From the IMG/VR virus record IMGVR_UViG_3300020054_001201: a stretch of DNA of 64,000 nucleotides; one strand, 5' to 3'. The translations under genes were made by a program, and so were the position numbers. Below are positions 44,232 to 54,418 of the stretch, piece after piece. Source of the stretch: an uncultured virus (IMG/VR IMGVR_UViG_3300020054_001201) (taxonomy: Duplodnaviria > Heunggongvirae > Uroviricota > Caudoviricetes). The number at the start of each line of letters is the position of its first letter. Position 1 is the stretch's first letter. A model generated the notes under the pieces. It saw nothing but the letters and a program-made list of their open reading frames with translations, was not told the DNA's origin and searched no databases.

Positions 44232-46054
44232 TGGCCGAAGAACAAGGCGTGGTTGGCCGTTTTTTGTCAGCGTTGACAAAGCCGTTTAGTCGCCGAACAA
44301 CCCCGGAACCACAGATGCCGCTTTGGAAGACGGGCATCCAAGAACCTGTTCTCGTTCAAGGTGTGTCCATACCCGCACTTTACGCGACCGTTCAAGAATC
44401 CATTATTCTCCGAACGACCATCAACACTCTATGTCAAGAGATTTTTCGTCGCGGGTATTATTGGGAGAAGAAGTTTCACAAGAAATGCACGAACTGCGAA
44501 GAAGAATATCAGCACGACACGGTAAGCGAATGTCGTATTTGCGGACAGGCTGATTTTGAAAGCCCGGATGCTGACCAAATCCTTTATCCTCGCTGGCTCA
44601 TGAAACAGCGCAACAGCATGGACCAATCGTTCATTGAGGTGATGAAGGAAATTGAATGGGACTTAGACATTGTTGACGACGCGTTCCTCTTGCTCATCAA
44701 AGAGTATTTCATTGACCCGAAGAGCGGTGAAATTGAGTTCTTCCGCATCAAAGAGTTGGTTCGTGGCGACCCGACTTTCATGCGTATTGTTGCTGATAAA
44801 GCAGGTAAGCGCGGAGGACGATACCTCCTATGTCCTGTGCATCGCGACAAGACTTATCCCCATAACGGTGACCACAAAAAGTGCGATGTGTGTTCTCTTC
44901 CTTTACAGGATGTCCACTACATCAACACCGCTGGTAGCGGCAAAACGCAATACTACCTTGATGGCGAAGTGTTGCACCTCTCAAAGTTCAATCCGTCAAA
45001 ACTCTACGGTCGTTCACCCGTCGCCAGCATGTGGCGTCAAGCCATGAGTCTTGCCGCGATGGACAATTACATCTACCTCGCGTATCAAAAGCGACGCATA
45101 CCTCGTGGTGTTCTCGCTATCACCACCGATAACATTCAGTCAACTGCATCGTTTTGGAAAGGTGCAGAAGAAAAAATGGAGCGCGACCCACACTACATCC
45201 CAAAGGTTGGCGTTGAATCGGCAACAGGGCGAGGTAAAGTTGAGTTTGTTCGGTTTATGGACAGTCTTGACGAGATGCAATACGCGCAAGTTCGCGATGA
45301 AATACGCATGCGTATTGCCGCTTTCTACGGTGTCTCCAATGTTTTCATGATGGACACAGGTAAGTCGGGCGGTTTGAACAACGAAGGCATGCAAATCCTT
45401 GTCACCAATCGTGCCGTTGAATCGGGGCAAAAGTTGTATTCGCGCGAATTGTTCCCACGGTTGCTTGAACAAATGGGAGTAAGCGATTGGTGTTTGACGC
45501 TTTACCCGAACGAGGAAGAAGATGAAATCACACGACTGCGACGCGACGAACAAGAAGTCAACATCGCACAACGAATGCAAGCGCTTGGTTTCCAGCCCGA
45601 ATTGACAGAGGATGCTGGAAGCGACATTCGCTTTGTTTACAAAAAGCCCGACCCGCAAGAAGCCGCCATGCAACAACAGGCTGGTGGCGCGATGGGCGGC
45701 GGAATGCCGCCGATGGGAGGCGCTCCACCCATGCCGCCGGGGGGCGGCTTACCTCCACAGGGTGGGGGTCCGATGATGCCGCCGGGGGCAGGGCTTCCCC
45801 CCGGAGGCGGAGGGCCTCCCCCCGGAGATGGTGGTCAAATCATGATGATGGAGAAGGCTATCGGGCTTGGTGAAAGCACAGGCCAACGCGAACGCGGGCC
45901 AGCGCCCATCAGTTCCGAAACCCAACAATCGGGCGCACCTTCAAGCAAAAAAAACCAGCGCGGGAGTAAAAAAACGCCACTTGAACAGGCTCTTGATAGC
46001 GTCCAAGCCGCGAAAGACCCGACTTCAAAACAGAAAGAGAGTGGTTTCCAATAG
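44231..46054 (+). CDS. Portal protein (HK97-like) with zinc-finger insertions and a P/G-rich tail
   Basis: EVLHL...LYGRSPV, RRIPRGVL, IAAFYGVSNVF...GGLNNEG; position between TerL and protease/MCP. Confidence 0.88.
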   Translation: MAEEQGVVGRFLSALTKPFSRRTTPEPQMPLWKTGIQEPVLVQGVSIPALYATVQESIILRTTINTLCQEIFRRGYYWEKKFHKKCTNCEEEYQHDTVSECRICGQADFESPDADQILYPRWLMKQRNSMDQSFIEVMKEIEWDLDIVDDAFLLLIKEYFIDPKSGEIEFFRIKELVRGDPTFMRIVADKAGKRGGRYLLCPVHRDKTYPHNGDHKKCDVCSLPLQDVHYINTAGSGKTQYYLDGEVLHLSKFNPSKLYGRSPVASMWRQAMSLAAMDNYIYLAYQKRRIPRGVLAITTDNIQSTASFWKGAEEKMERDPHYIPKVGVESATGRGKVEFVRFMDSLDEMQYAQVRDEIRMRIAAFYGVSNVFMMDTGKSGGLNNEGMQILVTNRAVESGQKLYSRELFPRLLEQMGVSDWCLTLYPNEEEDEITRLRRDEQEVNIAQRMQALGFQPELTEDAGSDIRFVYKKPDPQEAAMQQQAGGAMGGGMPPMGGAPPMPPGGGLPPQGGGPMMPPGAGLPPGGGGPPPGDGGQIMMMEKAIGLGESTGQRERGPAPISSETQQSGAPSSKKNQRGSKKTPLEQALDSVQAAKDPTSKQKESGFQ

Positions 46055-46085
46055 GTTAAAGTGGTGATGTGTCCTCGTCGGATGC

Positions 46086-46427
46086 ATGAGCCTGCTTACC
46101 AAGATGGACCCAATCGTCCGCAAACTTGAAACCGCCGTCGCGGAGTTTAAGGTCGCGCTTGCGAACAACGACCTTGTTTCTGCTGAACAATTCCTACGGA
46201 GTATTCAGTCAACCAGCGACTATCTCGCCGACGATGTGACCGCGATTTACAAATCACAAAACGGCGACGACCGCATTCTTGGCGTCAATGACCGATACGC
46301 AGGCGGTGCGCCTGTTATGCAGTTTAATAGCACACAAGGCGTTATCGCGAAATCGGACGAGCGACCGATGGGCTACATCGGCCCCGACCGAATTGGCGGC
46401 ATTTTTAGAAAGCAAGGACAGGTGTGA
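46086..46427 (+). CDS. Hypothetical head-module protein (113 aa)
   Basis: ORF after the portal; IYKS and IAKS motifs. Confidence 0.75.
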   Translation: MSLLTKMDPIVRKLETAVAEFKVALANNDLVSAEQFLRSIQSTSDYLADDVTAIYKSQNGDDRILGVNDRYAGGAPVMQFNSTQGVIAKSDERPMGYIGPDRIGGIFRKQGQV

Positions 46428-46774
46428 GTGTGACAGACGACTCCGACGCAATGATGCTGATGAAAGCACTCATCAGCAAAATGGAGGCGATGGATTCCGA
46501 AATTACTGCGATGCGCAAAAGCATGAACACGCCCGAACTTCTTCTCAAACGCGCTGGATTTGTTCGTGCGAACACGCCCGCAAACGAGGATGTTTGGGGT
46601 GACCCTCTTCGTGGTGACCGCAATGATGTTATCAGCAAAGCCGCCGCCGCGATTGACGATGTAGGTATCAGCATGCCCGAATCAAATGAAGCGTGGCACG
46701 AAATGTCATGGGAAGACATTCATGCAATGGCGAACACCGCCGCGCAAATTGAAGGAAGGAGGGTAGACCAATGA
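46424..46774 (+). CDS. Hypothetical head-module protein; C-terminal EMSWEDIHAMA matches the scaffold's NMSWDDVHRLA
   Basis: Direct similarity to the end of 53009-54418. Confidence 0.75.
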   Translation: MSVTDDSDAMMLMKALISKMEAMDSEITAMRKSMNTPELLLKRAGFVRANTPANEDVWGDPLRGDRNDVISKAAAAIDDVGISMPESNEAWHEMSWEDIHAMANTAAQIEGRRVDQ

Positions 46775-47115
46775 AGCCGATGAAAGTTGAGGCAGGGCAG
46801 AACGCGCCCGATGTTGACGAACTCATCAAGCAAGCAAACGAACTGATGGAGAAGGCCGACGCGAAGTTGGGTTCAAAGACCGGCGATTCATTTGAGAGCG
46901 TGCGTGGCGTTGACAAAGTGCGCCCCGGAACTTATTGGACAAACCAACAACAGATTGAGGTTGAGGATGTCAAGAATACCGGCGCGAAGAAAGAGGAAGC
47001 AAAACTCAAGACGCATGCCGGATGGCCGAATACGGTTGATATGCGCGAGAATAAAACAGGCGACCCATCCGATAAGAATCCCGAAGGAGCATACAATCTC
47101 ACCGATTATTATTGA
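46771..47115 (+). CDS. Hypothetical head-module protein (114 aa)
   Basis: GGAGG RBS; coupled ORF. Confidence 0.75.
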   Translation: MKPMKVEAGQNAPDVDELIKQANELMEKADAKLGSKTGDSFESVRGVDKVRPGTYWTNQQQIEVEDVKNTGAKKEEAKLKTHAGWPNTVDMRENKTGDPSDKNPEGAYNLTDYY

Positions 47116-47124
47116 GGTGAGAAA

Positions 47125-50100
47125 GTGCGCGAGAACGCCTCCCAATATCACGCAAGAGTCGTCAACGAGTTTTACGACGCGCTGGTCAAAGGCGAAGACG
47201 CTCGCAATGAAGCGGCAAATGTTTTGTTTAGCGCGCAGAACTTATTGAATCACGATATTGCTTACATTCCGCTTCGCAAGGAAGCAAAAGAATATCTCGC
47301 GACCATGATGGAAAAACCCAAGTATTACGAAGAAGCCAAAACCATCACCGCTCGCTCCACGAAACATGAGCCTTCTCGTCGCCCTCAACACCGAGCAATT
47401 CCTTTGTTCACAGTTGACGATTGGATGACGGCGAAAGAAAATGGTGACATGAAAGCAATTGACAGAATGGTTCGCCAAGCAACAGGTTGGCGTATGCAAA
47501 CCATGCGCAACACCGAAGAGCATGATGTGATTGACCAACCACATCATCCTATTCGCGCACAAGGCTTGTTCCCCGACTACGATAACCTACCATCCTACGA
47601 AAGCATCCCCATCACGCATGGCTTGATGCGCAAAATGTTCGCGCGCGATAAAGCATTTGAGTTCAACAAAGCGATGGTGAAAGCGGCGAAAAAATTGCAT
47701 CCGAGGTTGAAGAAGAATGACATGCTCGGCAATTGGAGCGGTAACAATTTCACCATTAACAAAATGTTCAACATTGGCTTTGAGGACTTCAAAAAGGATT
47801 ACATGAAGAAGTTCCCCGAAGCCGAACAACAGGAGGAGATGAAACAATTTTTCATTTGGGCTAAGCAATGGGAGAATGAAGGAATACCTCGCGACCTTAT
47901 TCTTCGTGTAGGGTTTCATACCGTTCAAAACTCCAAAGGAGAGAACAAGTTGATGGTGAGAAATGATGCGGGTAAGTTGTTCACCAAACTCGTCAAAGAC
48001 AACGCCGCCATTCACCTTGAGAATGGGAGTTGGACCTATCCATCAATGGAGCGCATCGGCATTGACGCTTACCGAGACGGAGTTTACATGCTCCCCAATG
48101 ACATGATTCGCGACATTATGCATTGGAAAATCAATGGCGCTGAGAGCGAAAAGGAACTCAACAACATTGTAGAAGGTAACACTGAGGTTGCTTCTTACAT
48201 GAAACTCCACGGTCGTGTATTCAACGCCGCACTTCGTCACTCTTATGCGGGCGGCGCACTCAAACGCGGATATTCACACATGGCTCCAAACCGAATGTTG
48301 CAAGATGGCGAACTGCGCGCGAGATTGGAAGCGTCTCCAAAAGAGTTTGCTGATGAACTTTTTGAAAACCTCAAATTGGGTCGTCGTTTTTCTCTCATTC
48401 GCGATGTGAAAGAAGGCGTCGCCAGCAGTCTTGATTACGAAGCCGCCGTTGATGAATTGATTGGACAAGACCCCGACATTGAAGTTGAAGGATACGGACC
48501 TTATCCTCACTACATAATTGACGGGGGAGACGAATACATCGCGATGACTCACGAACCCCCCGATATTAAAAAACTAAAGGAACACGGTTTTTTCGCTACT
48601 GAGAGCGGCGAAAAATTGTTTGAAGAGTTCGCAAAAAAAGCGGCACAACAAATGACGATTGAAGGTAAAGCCGACCTTATCATGGAAAGCATGAATGATT
48701 TTCACTACACAAGCGATTTTGACGAGGATTGGATAAATCCCAAAGACGCTAAGGAAGTCAAGACGCTTTTGGGCATCATGAGTGAGATGATGGGAGCGCA
48801 TGGTGCGCAAAATGAAGAGTGGGATGACATAGGACAGTTGCGCGAGGATGCAATGCCGGGTGTTTGGTTTGATACGCTTCGCGGTGAAGAGGGGGTTCCC
48901 GAACGCTTGATTATGCCGTCGTTTCGCCAAGACTTTCCCAACAGGGCTGAGGGAACTCAAGAAGGCCCCAAAGCAGGTCGCAAGAAAGACAAGAGGAAAG
49001 ACGCTTACAAAAAAAGTGGTAACGAGGCTCTTGATGAACAAAATAAAGCGCGAATGGAAACAGTAGCCGTCAAAAACGGATACACAGAAGGTCAAATCGC
49101 GAATCTCAAAAATAAGTTTGACAGAGACGAAGAAGTCTTCATTGAACTCAAAGACCAAAGCAACCCTGCCGCGGCAACGAGAGCCATTGGCGCTGAAGCG
49201 ACGGCTGACATGGAGGATTATACCAAAGACATGCCTCTTCCGCGCGTTCCTGCAAGTGATTCGCTTGCTGGTTTCATCGGTGCTGAGGCAAACCTCAACC
49301 CCGATGAACGAGACGAATTGGGCATGTTAAGCATGGATGGTTTACACGAAGACCACAACATTGTTTCTAACCACCCCATGTCCGAAGTGCAACTTCTTCG
49401 CGATAACGCCATTACCAAAAATCACGACAGGCGTTTTTTTTCCGAACAACTTAAAGGAAACACTCTCAAGCGGTTTGACTACGACCGCCTCAAGCCCGAA
49501 CACACTCTTCGCATTCCTATCGGTATGATGGGGTCGCATGAGCCGCTTGACATCGGCGACCCTGTTGCATTGGAGGATTGGAAGAGCAGAAATCATGCTT
49601 CTTCTCGTAGGAGTGACCCGACAGGACAATTCCGAGGGGCGGAACAAGTTCATCGCGAATTGACGGGTGCTGTTGATACAGAAGGTCGCCAACACTCTTC
49701 GTTTTACACGCTTGACGAATATCAAAAATACCTTGATGCTTTGCAACGCGGCGAGTTTTACGCTCCCGAACAATTGATGCATGGAGCGCTTACCAAAAAT
49801 CAATTGCTTCGCGAAGTTATGGCGACAGAGGGTTTGGATATTGAAAACTCGGAGAGGCAAATGCGTAAGTTGAAGAAGCGAATTAAGGAATACGAAGAGC
49901 AGTCCAATGAAAACTCTCTCATGCCTTTCGGAATGACTCAACATGGAGAAGAGTATGTGATAGCCCCCGACATATCTGCACTCGCTTATGAGCGTAAAAC
50001 CGAATTGACAAATGCTCTTCGTTTTGAAAAAGACGATGCTAAACGCGACATTATTTACGCGAAAATCAATGAACTGCAACCCTATGTCAATCCGAGCGAA

Positions 50101-52968
50101 TCCAACGAACCAATTGAAGACCATTCGCAACTTGCGCGACAAACACATGATGTGAGTGAAGAGATATTCAACGGTATCGTCAAACCTGCGTTTGAGTTTC
50201 ACTTTGGAAAGAAGGCTTTTGGCTATGAAGGCATGAGCGCCGAAGAGAACAACGACGCGTGGGCGCACACCGTTTACGGTATGCACATTGCAGAATACAT
50301 TGCCGCAAATCTCACGCCCGAAGAGCGTGATGAGATGATGCGTAAGGGTATTACAGCACACGGTCACAAAAGCGCCAAATCCATCAGCAAATTGGTTGAT
50401 AACGAGACTTTTCGTCGTCTCAACAACTTGCAAGTAAAACGCTCAAACTACGACTCAAAAGGAGACTTCCGTCAACTTAGCGACTTTTTCCCCGAACATG
50501 TGAAAGGGCATGAAGTTGCTACGCATGTCTTTTCCAAAAACAACGGCGACCGAAAGTCGGAGGCTATTTTCAAACGAGTGATGAAAGAAGTCACTCAAGC
50601 CGCGGAAGAGCAGGGCATTTCGTTTGAGGATGCGTTCATGGCTCGCTACTACTCGCATAAAAAATTGGGTGAAGCGGTTGATGTCCCCGCGCCTTCTCAA
50701 GTCACAGACAGGACGCGAAGAGGGAGCCGTCATGTCAAAAGCGTGCTTGACCTTATCAAGAACCCCAACAATTTACACAAAGAAATAAGCGACGCTTACC
50801 ACATTCGCTATGATGAGGGTGGCGTTCACAAACTCAATAGCGAAACTCACAATTTGCTTCACGGGGGCGATTCGGTAAAGTATCATGGCAAAGCCGTTTC
50901 AATGGACGATGAGTTTAACGCTATTCAAGATGTGATGGGGCATACAATCAAACATTTGGAAGGGGGTAGCGATAGGAACATTTTGGCGACGGGTATTCGT
51001 CTTCCCGCAGGAAAAATGCAAGAGAATATCTTCCCGCGAGGTAGCAAAGAGGATTTGACGCGCCGATATAAAAGAATGAGGGAGATGGCTCACTCTCTCG
51101 GTGATGACACGGTTGTAACGAATCCGAATCACACGCTTAGTGAAAAGACATTGCGATTTGGCGGCGGCGGTCTTGACAAGGCTCCTTTGATACCGCTTTA
51201 CACCAGCAAAGAATACATGAACAAACACGGCAGGTCTGTCCCTCTCAAAGCAACCATCAACAAAGACGCGCTTAAACAAGGCCACATCGTATTTCAATCG
51301 CCCGAAATCGCTCCAAACTGTTTACCGAACGGTATGCGTAAAAACATGTTTGTTTCGCGAGACGCGATGATGGCTGTCAACCCGATGCTCCAACCTCACA
51401 CATTTGGATTGGAGAACTCATTCGGGCAACAAACCCCCTTTGATGCGCGAGCGCAAAGCGCGAATGACCTCACCGAACTCAAACTTGCTTCTGCTGATGT
51501 TGTCATTGATGATTCGCTTATCACCAAAGAAGACGGGAAGCCTCAACCTGTCAAGTTCATGCATCGCATTTTTGATTTGGAAGACATGCAACATTTGCGC
51601 GGATTCACAGGTGATTGGGTTATCTCACTCTACCCGCAAGGTGAGCATGTGATTGCGACCAAAGACAAAAAAGGCATCACGGCATACGGTGTTGATGGAG
51701 AGGTGAAGTTGGATGAGGCTATTTTGGAGGAAGCGGATAAGGTCTACGAAAAGGACTTCACGGTTCACGCGATTCTTCATGATGGACTGATGACTGTTGT
51801 TGACTTGCTCAAGACGGCGGACGAGGACACGCACAACATGCCGACGAAAGACCGCATACGCCACCTTCGCGCTCAATACGAGTCCAGCGAACACATCAAA
51901 ATGCCCGAACCTATCAACACCAAGCGTAGCGACGATGAAGGATTGCAGACTGCAATTGAAGGGTTGCGGGGAGAGCAAAACATTGACATTCTTCTCCGCG
52001 ATGCGAACGCGACTTACATGAAAGGAGAGCCTCGCCACCCCAAGTGGGTGTTGTTGAGCAAAGAGAAAATGGTTGATGTGGTCATCCTTTCGCGCGCTGG
52101 TAAAAACTACACCGTCGGTGTCGGTCCACTCATGCATCCCGAAAATTACGGGAAGCGCGCACAGGAACACGAAGGCGAGCATTACATGATGGTCGGCAAC
52201 GCGAAGGGTCCGCGGGGTTTGAATGTCGGAGACTTCGCCACAGTCCGTTGCACAGGCGTCAGCGCTTCAAAGGGTGAATATCCTGTCTACCGCATACGCT
52301 CTGCAAAAATCACGGACAACGAACCGCTCGCCGCTGATAGCGTTGAAACGCTCGCGATTCTTGCTGGTGAGCAACATGTCGCCCAACGCGTGGGTATCAA
52401 GAAGGGGCAAATCGTCATCAACTTCCCCGCGTTTGATGATGATGTGATTTGTAAGACGCGCAAAGAAGAAGGTGTTTGGTTTGTTGAACCTCAAACCACG
52501 ACATGGGGCAATGAATACCTTGTGCGTTTAGCCGAAGACCAACAGGTGTATTGGGAGTATCAAGCGGCTTTGTTGTTGAAGAAAGCAGAAGTGGAGGAAC
52601 CCGAATACGATGAGGTCAAACCCGAACCACCAGCAGGGCATAGCAAGAAACCAAAGAAGGTGCTGGAAGAGGAAGAGGAAGTTATCAAGCGCGGTCTTGA
52701 ATTGGCGGAGCGCGGATTAGAACATCTCGCTAAAGAGAAGATTACCAGCACAGGTGTGCAGGGTTTGGGCATCGGATATGCAACCCCCGATGAACATCCG
52801 CGCGGACCTACTCAAAACATCAACGATGAAACGCTCCCCGATTTTGACCCCGCGGCGCGCAAAGACGATGAGTTAAAGCCCGCGACTGAAAAGAAAACCA
52901 AGCGACTGCGAAGCACAGAAGGCGAAGAAGCGGTGTTAGAGGATGATGGTGTCGTCGCGCTTCAATGA
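47125..52968 (+). CDS. Giant 1947-aa protein with a C-terminal degenerate ATP-dependent ligase-like (NTase+OB) domain
   Basis: WVISLYPQGEH (motif I position), VVDLL....D..NMP.KDR...L, ILLRDANATYMKGE.RHPKWVLL..K.VDVVIL. Confidence 0.75.
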   Translation: MRENASQYHARVVNEFYDALVKGEDARNEAANVLFSAQNLLNHDIAYIPLRKEAKEYLATMMEKPKYYEEAKTITARSTKHEPSRRPQHRAIPLFTVDDWMTAKENGDMKAIDRMVRQATGWRMQTMRNTEEHDVIDQPHHPIRAQGLFPDYDNLPSYESIPITHGLMRKMFARDKAFEFNKAMVKAAKKLHPRLKKNDMLGNWSGNNFTINKMFNIGFEDFKKDYMKKFPEAEQQEEMKQFFIWAKQWENEGIPRDLILRVGFHTVQNSKGENKLMVRNDAGKLFTKLVKDNAAIHLENGSWTYPSMERIGIDAYRDGVYMLPNDMIRDIMHWKINGAESEKELNNIVEGNTEVASYMKLHGRVFNAALRHSYAGGALKRGYSHMAPNRMLQDGELRARLEASPKEFADELFENLKLGRRFSLIRDVKEGVASSLDYEAAVDELIGQDPDIEVEGYGPYPHYIIDGGDEYIAMTHEPPDIKKLKEHGFFATESGEKLFEEFAKKAAQQMTIEGKADLIMESMNDFHYTSDFDEDWINPKDAKEVKTLLGIMSEMMGAHGAQNEEWDDIGQLREDAMPGVWFDTLRGEEGVPERLIMPSFRQDFPNRAEGTQEGPKAGRKKDKRKDAYKKSGNEALDEQNKARMETVAVKNGYTEGQIANLKNKFDRDEEVFIELKDQSNPAAATRAIGAEATADMEDYTKDMPLPRVPASDSLAGFIGAEANLNPDERDELGMLSMDGLHEDHNIVSNHPMSEVQLLRDNAITKNHDRRFFSEQLKGNTLKRFDYDRLKPEHTLRIPIGMMGSHEPLDIGDPVALEDWKSRNHASSRRSDPTGQFRGAEQVHRELTGAVDTEGRQHSSFYTLDEYQKYLDALQRGEFYAPEQLMHGALTKNQLLREVMATEGLDIENSERQMRKLKKRIKEYEEQSNENSLMPFGMTQHGEEYVIAPDISALAYERKTELTNALRFEKDDAKRDIIYAKINELQPYVNPSESNEPIEDHSQLARQTHDVSEEIFNGIVKPAFEFHFGKKAFGYEGMSAEENNDAWAHTVYGMHIAEYIAANLTPEERDEMMRKGITAHGHKSAKSISKLVDNETFRRLNNLQVKRSNYDSKGDFRQLSDFFPEHVKGHEVATHVFSKNNGDRKSEAIFKRVMKEVTQAAEEQGISFEDAFMARYYSHKKLGEAVDVPAPSQVTDRTRRGSRHVKSVLDLIKNPNNLHKEISDAYHIRYDEGGVHKLNSETHNLLHGGDSVKYHGKAVSMDDEFNAIQDVMGHTIKHLEGGSDRNILATGIRLPAGKMQENIFPRGSKEDLTRRYKRMREMAHSLGDDTVVTNPNHTLSEKTLRFGGGGLDKAPLIPLYTSKEYMNKHGRSVPLKATINKDALKQGHIVFQSPEIAPNCLPNGMRKNMFVSRDAMMAVNPMLQPHTFGLENSFGQQTPFDARAQSANDLTELKLASADVVIDDSLITKEDGKPQPVKFMHRIFDLEDMQHLRGFTGDWVISLYPQGEHVIATKDKKGITAYGVDGEVKLDEAILEEADKVYEKDFTVHAILHDGLMTVVDLLKTADEDTHNMPTKDRIRHLRAQYESSEHIKMPEPINTKRSDDEGLQTAIEGLRGEQNIDILLRDANATYMKGEPRHPKWVLLSKEKMVDVVILSRAGKNYTVGVGPLMHPENYGKRAQEHEGEHYMMVGNAKGPRGLNVGDFATVRCTGVSASKGEYPVYRIRSAKITDNEPLAADSVETLAILAGEQHVAQRVGIKKGQIVINFPAFDDDVICKTRKEEGVWFVEPQTTTWGNEYLVRLAEDQQVYWEYQAALLLKKAEVEEPEYDEVKPEPPAGHSKKPKKVLEEEEEVIKRGLELAERGLEHLAKEKITSTGVQGLGIGYATPDEHPRGPTQNINDETLPDFDPAARKDDELKPATEKKTKRLRSTEGEEAVLEDDGVVALQ

Positions 52969-53008
52969 GGGTTTCATTGATATAGCATGAAGTAAAGTCG
53001 CGAAAGCA

Positions 53009-54418
53009 ATGGCGATTCTTGCGGCCCCCTCTTCTTCCTCGGACCCCATCATTTTGAAGGGGTTCGGCGATGATTTGGTTGTTGCTGGATACGCGTCAGT
53101 TGAGATGGTTGACAAGCAGGGCGACCTCATCACCCGCTCGGCACTCAAAGACGCTTTCAGCAAGTTCATGAAAGCCGAAGCATTTCGCAATGTGCAACTC
53201 GCACACTCTAACATTCAAGTTGGTAGCGTTATTGATTCTTACACCGACTCCAACGGTCGCCTGTGGAAGTCCGAAGTGGACGACACGGGCATGTTCGTCG
53301 TCATCAAGTTGCGCGGCGACATTGAGAAGGCACGCGAAGTGGCTTCCGAAATCCGCAAAGGGAACCTGCGCTCGTTCTCTATCGGCGGTCAAGCATTTGA
53401 GCGCGTCAACAAGAGCGACCAAACCCGCGGCGACTACCGCGAAATCCGTCGCATGGAACTCCATGAGGTTACGATTTGTGAGAAGGGTATCAACCCCGAA
53501 GCGCAGTTTCGCATCCTCAAGGAAGACACAGGTGATAATATGACCAACACAATGAGCGAACTGCAAAGCGTCCTTGAACGCTTGTCAAAGAAACTTGACG
53601 AGAAAGAGGACAAAGACGAAGACAAAGAGAAAGGATTCATGCCCGACATCAACGACCTTGACGGCGACGGCGACAAAAAGGAGCGAATGCCCAAGAAGGA
53701 AAAGCCCCCAATGGACGACGACGAAGAAGACGACGAAGATGAGGACATGATGTATTCCGATGACGAAGACAAAAACGACAAAGAGGATGAGAAAATGACG
53801 AAAGGAGACGACATGATTACGAGCGACTACCTATTGTGGCTTGAGCAAACTGCAAAGAGCGCAGGGTTTGACCCCAATGCGGCTCGCGACCACTTCAACA
53901 AGGGCTACGGACCGGGCGAGTCGGGATACGACATGCGCGGACAGGGTTCCCTTGAAGGGGCTGGCGAAGACGATTCCGGCAAGCGCCCTCAACCAAACTT
54001 TGGTTCCGCACCAAGCGGTAACAAGAATGTCATCAAGAGCGAATACCTCAACGCTGGAAATGTTTCACGGGCTGAGATTGAATCTGCTTACGAAGTGTTC
54101 AAGGCCGCGGCTACCGAGCAACAATTCAAGTCCGACTTGAACAACCACTTCACCGACCGCTTCCTCAAGGAGCAAAAGGCTGAGGCTGACGCAATCGCCA
54201 AGGCCAACTTTGACGCTCGCGAACCAATGGTTGAGTTGCAGAAGGCTGTTCTCGCGCTCAACGAACGCATTGACAATGTGTCTGCTGGCGGTTCAATGAT
54301 TGCAAAGTCTGCGAACACCGCAACCGTTACCATTCCCGAAACTGCTGAACTTGCAAACATGTCGTGGGACGATGTTCACCGACTTGCAGGCAAAGCACTC
54401 AAAGGAGGGGAATACTGA
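53009..54418 (+). CDS. Prohead protease (HK97 family) fused to an acidic/coiled-coil scaffold
   Basis: VVAGYASVEMVDKQGDLI, LAH, LRSFSIGG, LHEVTICEKGINPEAQF. Confidence 0.9.
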   Translation: MAILAAPSSSSDPIILKGFGDDLVVAGYASVEMVDKQGDLITRSALKDAFSKFMKAEAFRNVQLAHSNIQVGSVIDSYTDSNGRLWKSEVDDTGMFVVIKLRGDIEKAREVASEIRKGNLRSFSIGGQAFERVNKSDQTRGDYREIRRMELHEVTICEKGINPEAQFRILKEDTGDNMTNTMSELQSVLERLSKKLDEKEDKDEDKEKGFMPDINDLDGDGDKKERMPKKEKPPMDDDEEDDEDEDMMYSDDEDKNDKEDEKMTKGDDMITSDYLLWLEQTAKSAGFDPNAARDHFNKGYGPGESGYDMRGQGSLEGAGEDDSGKRPQPNFGSAPSGNKNVIKSEYLNAGNVSRAEIESAYEVFKAAATEQQFKSDLNNHFTDRFLKEQKAEADAIAKANFDAREPMVELQKAVLALNERIDNVSAGGSMIAKSANTATVTIPETAELANMSWDDVHRLAGKALKGGEY

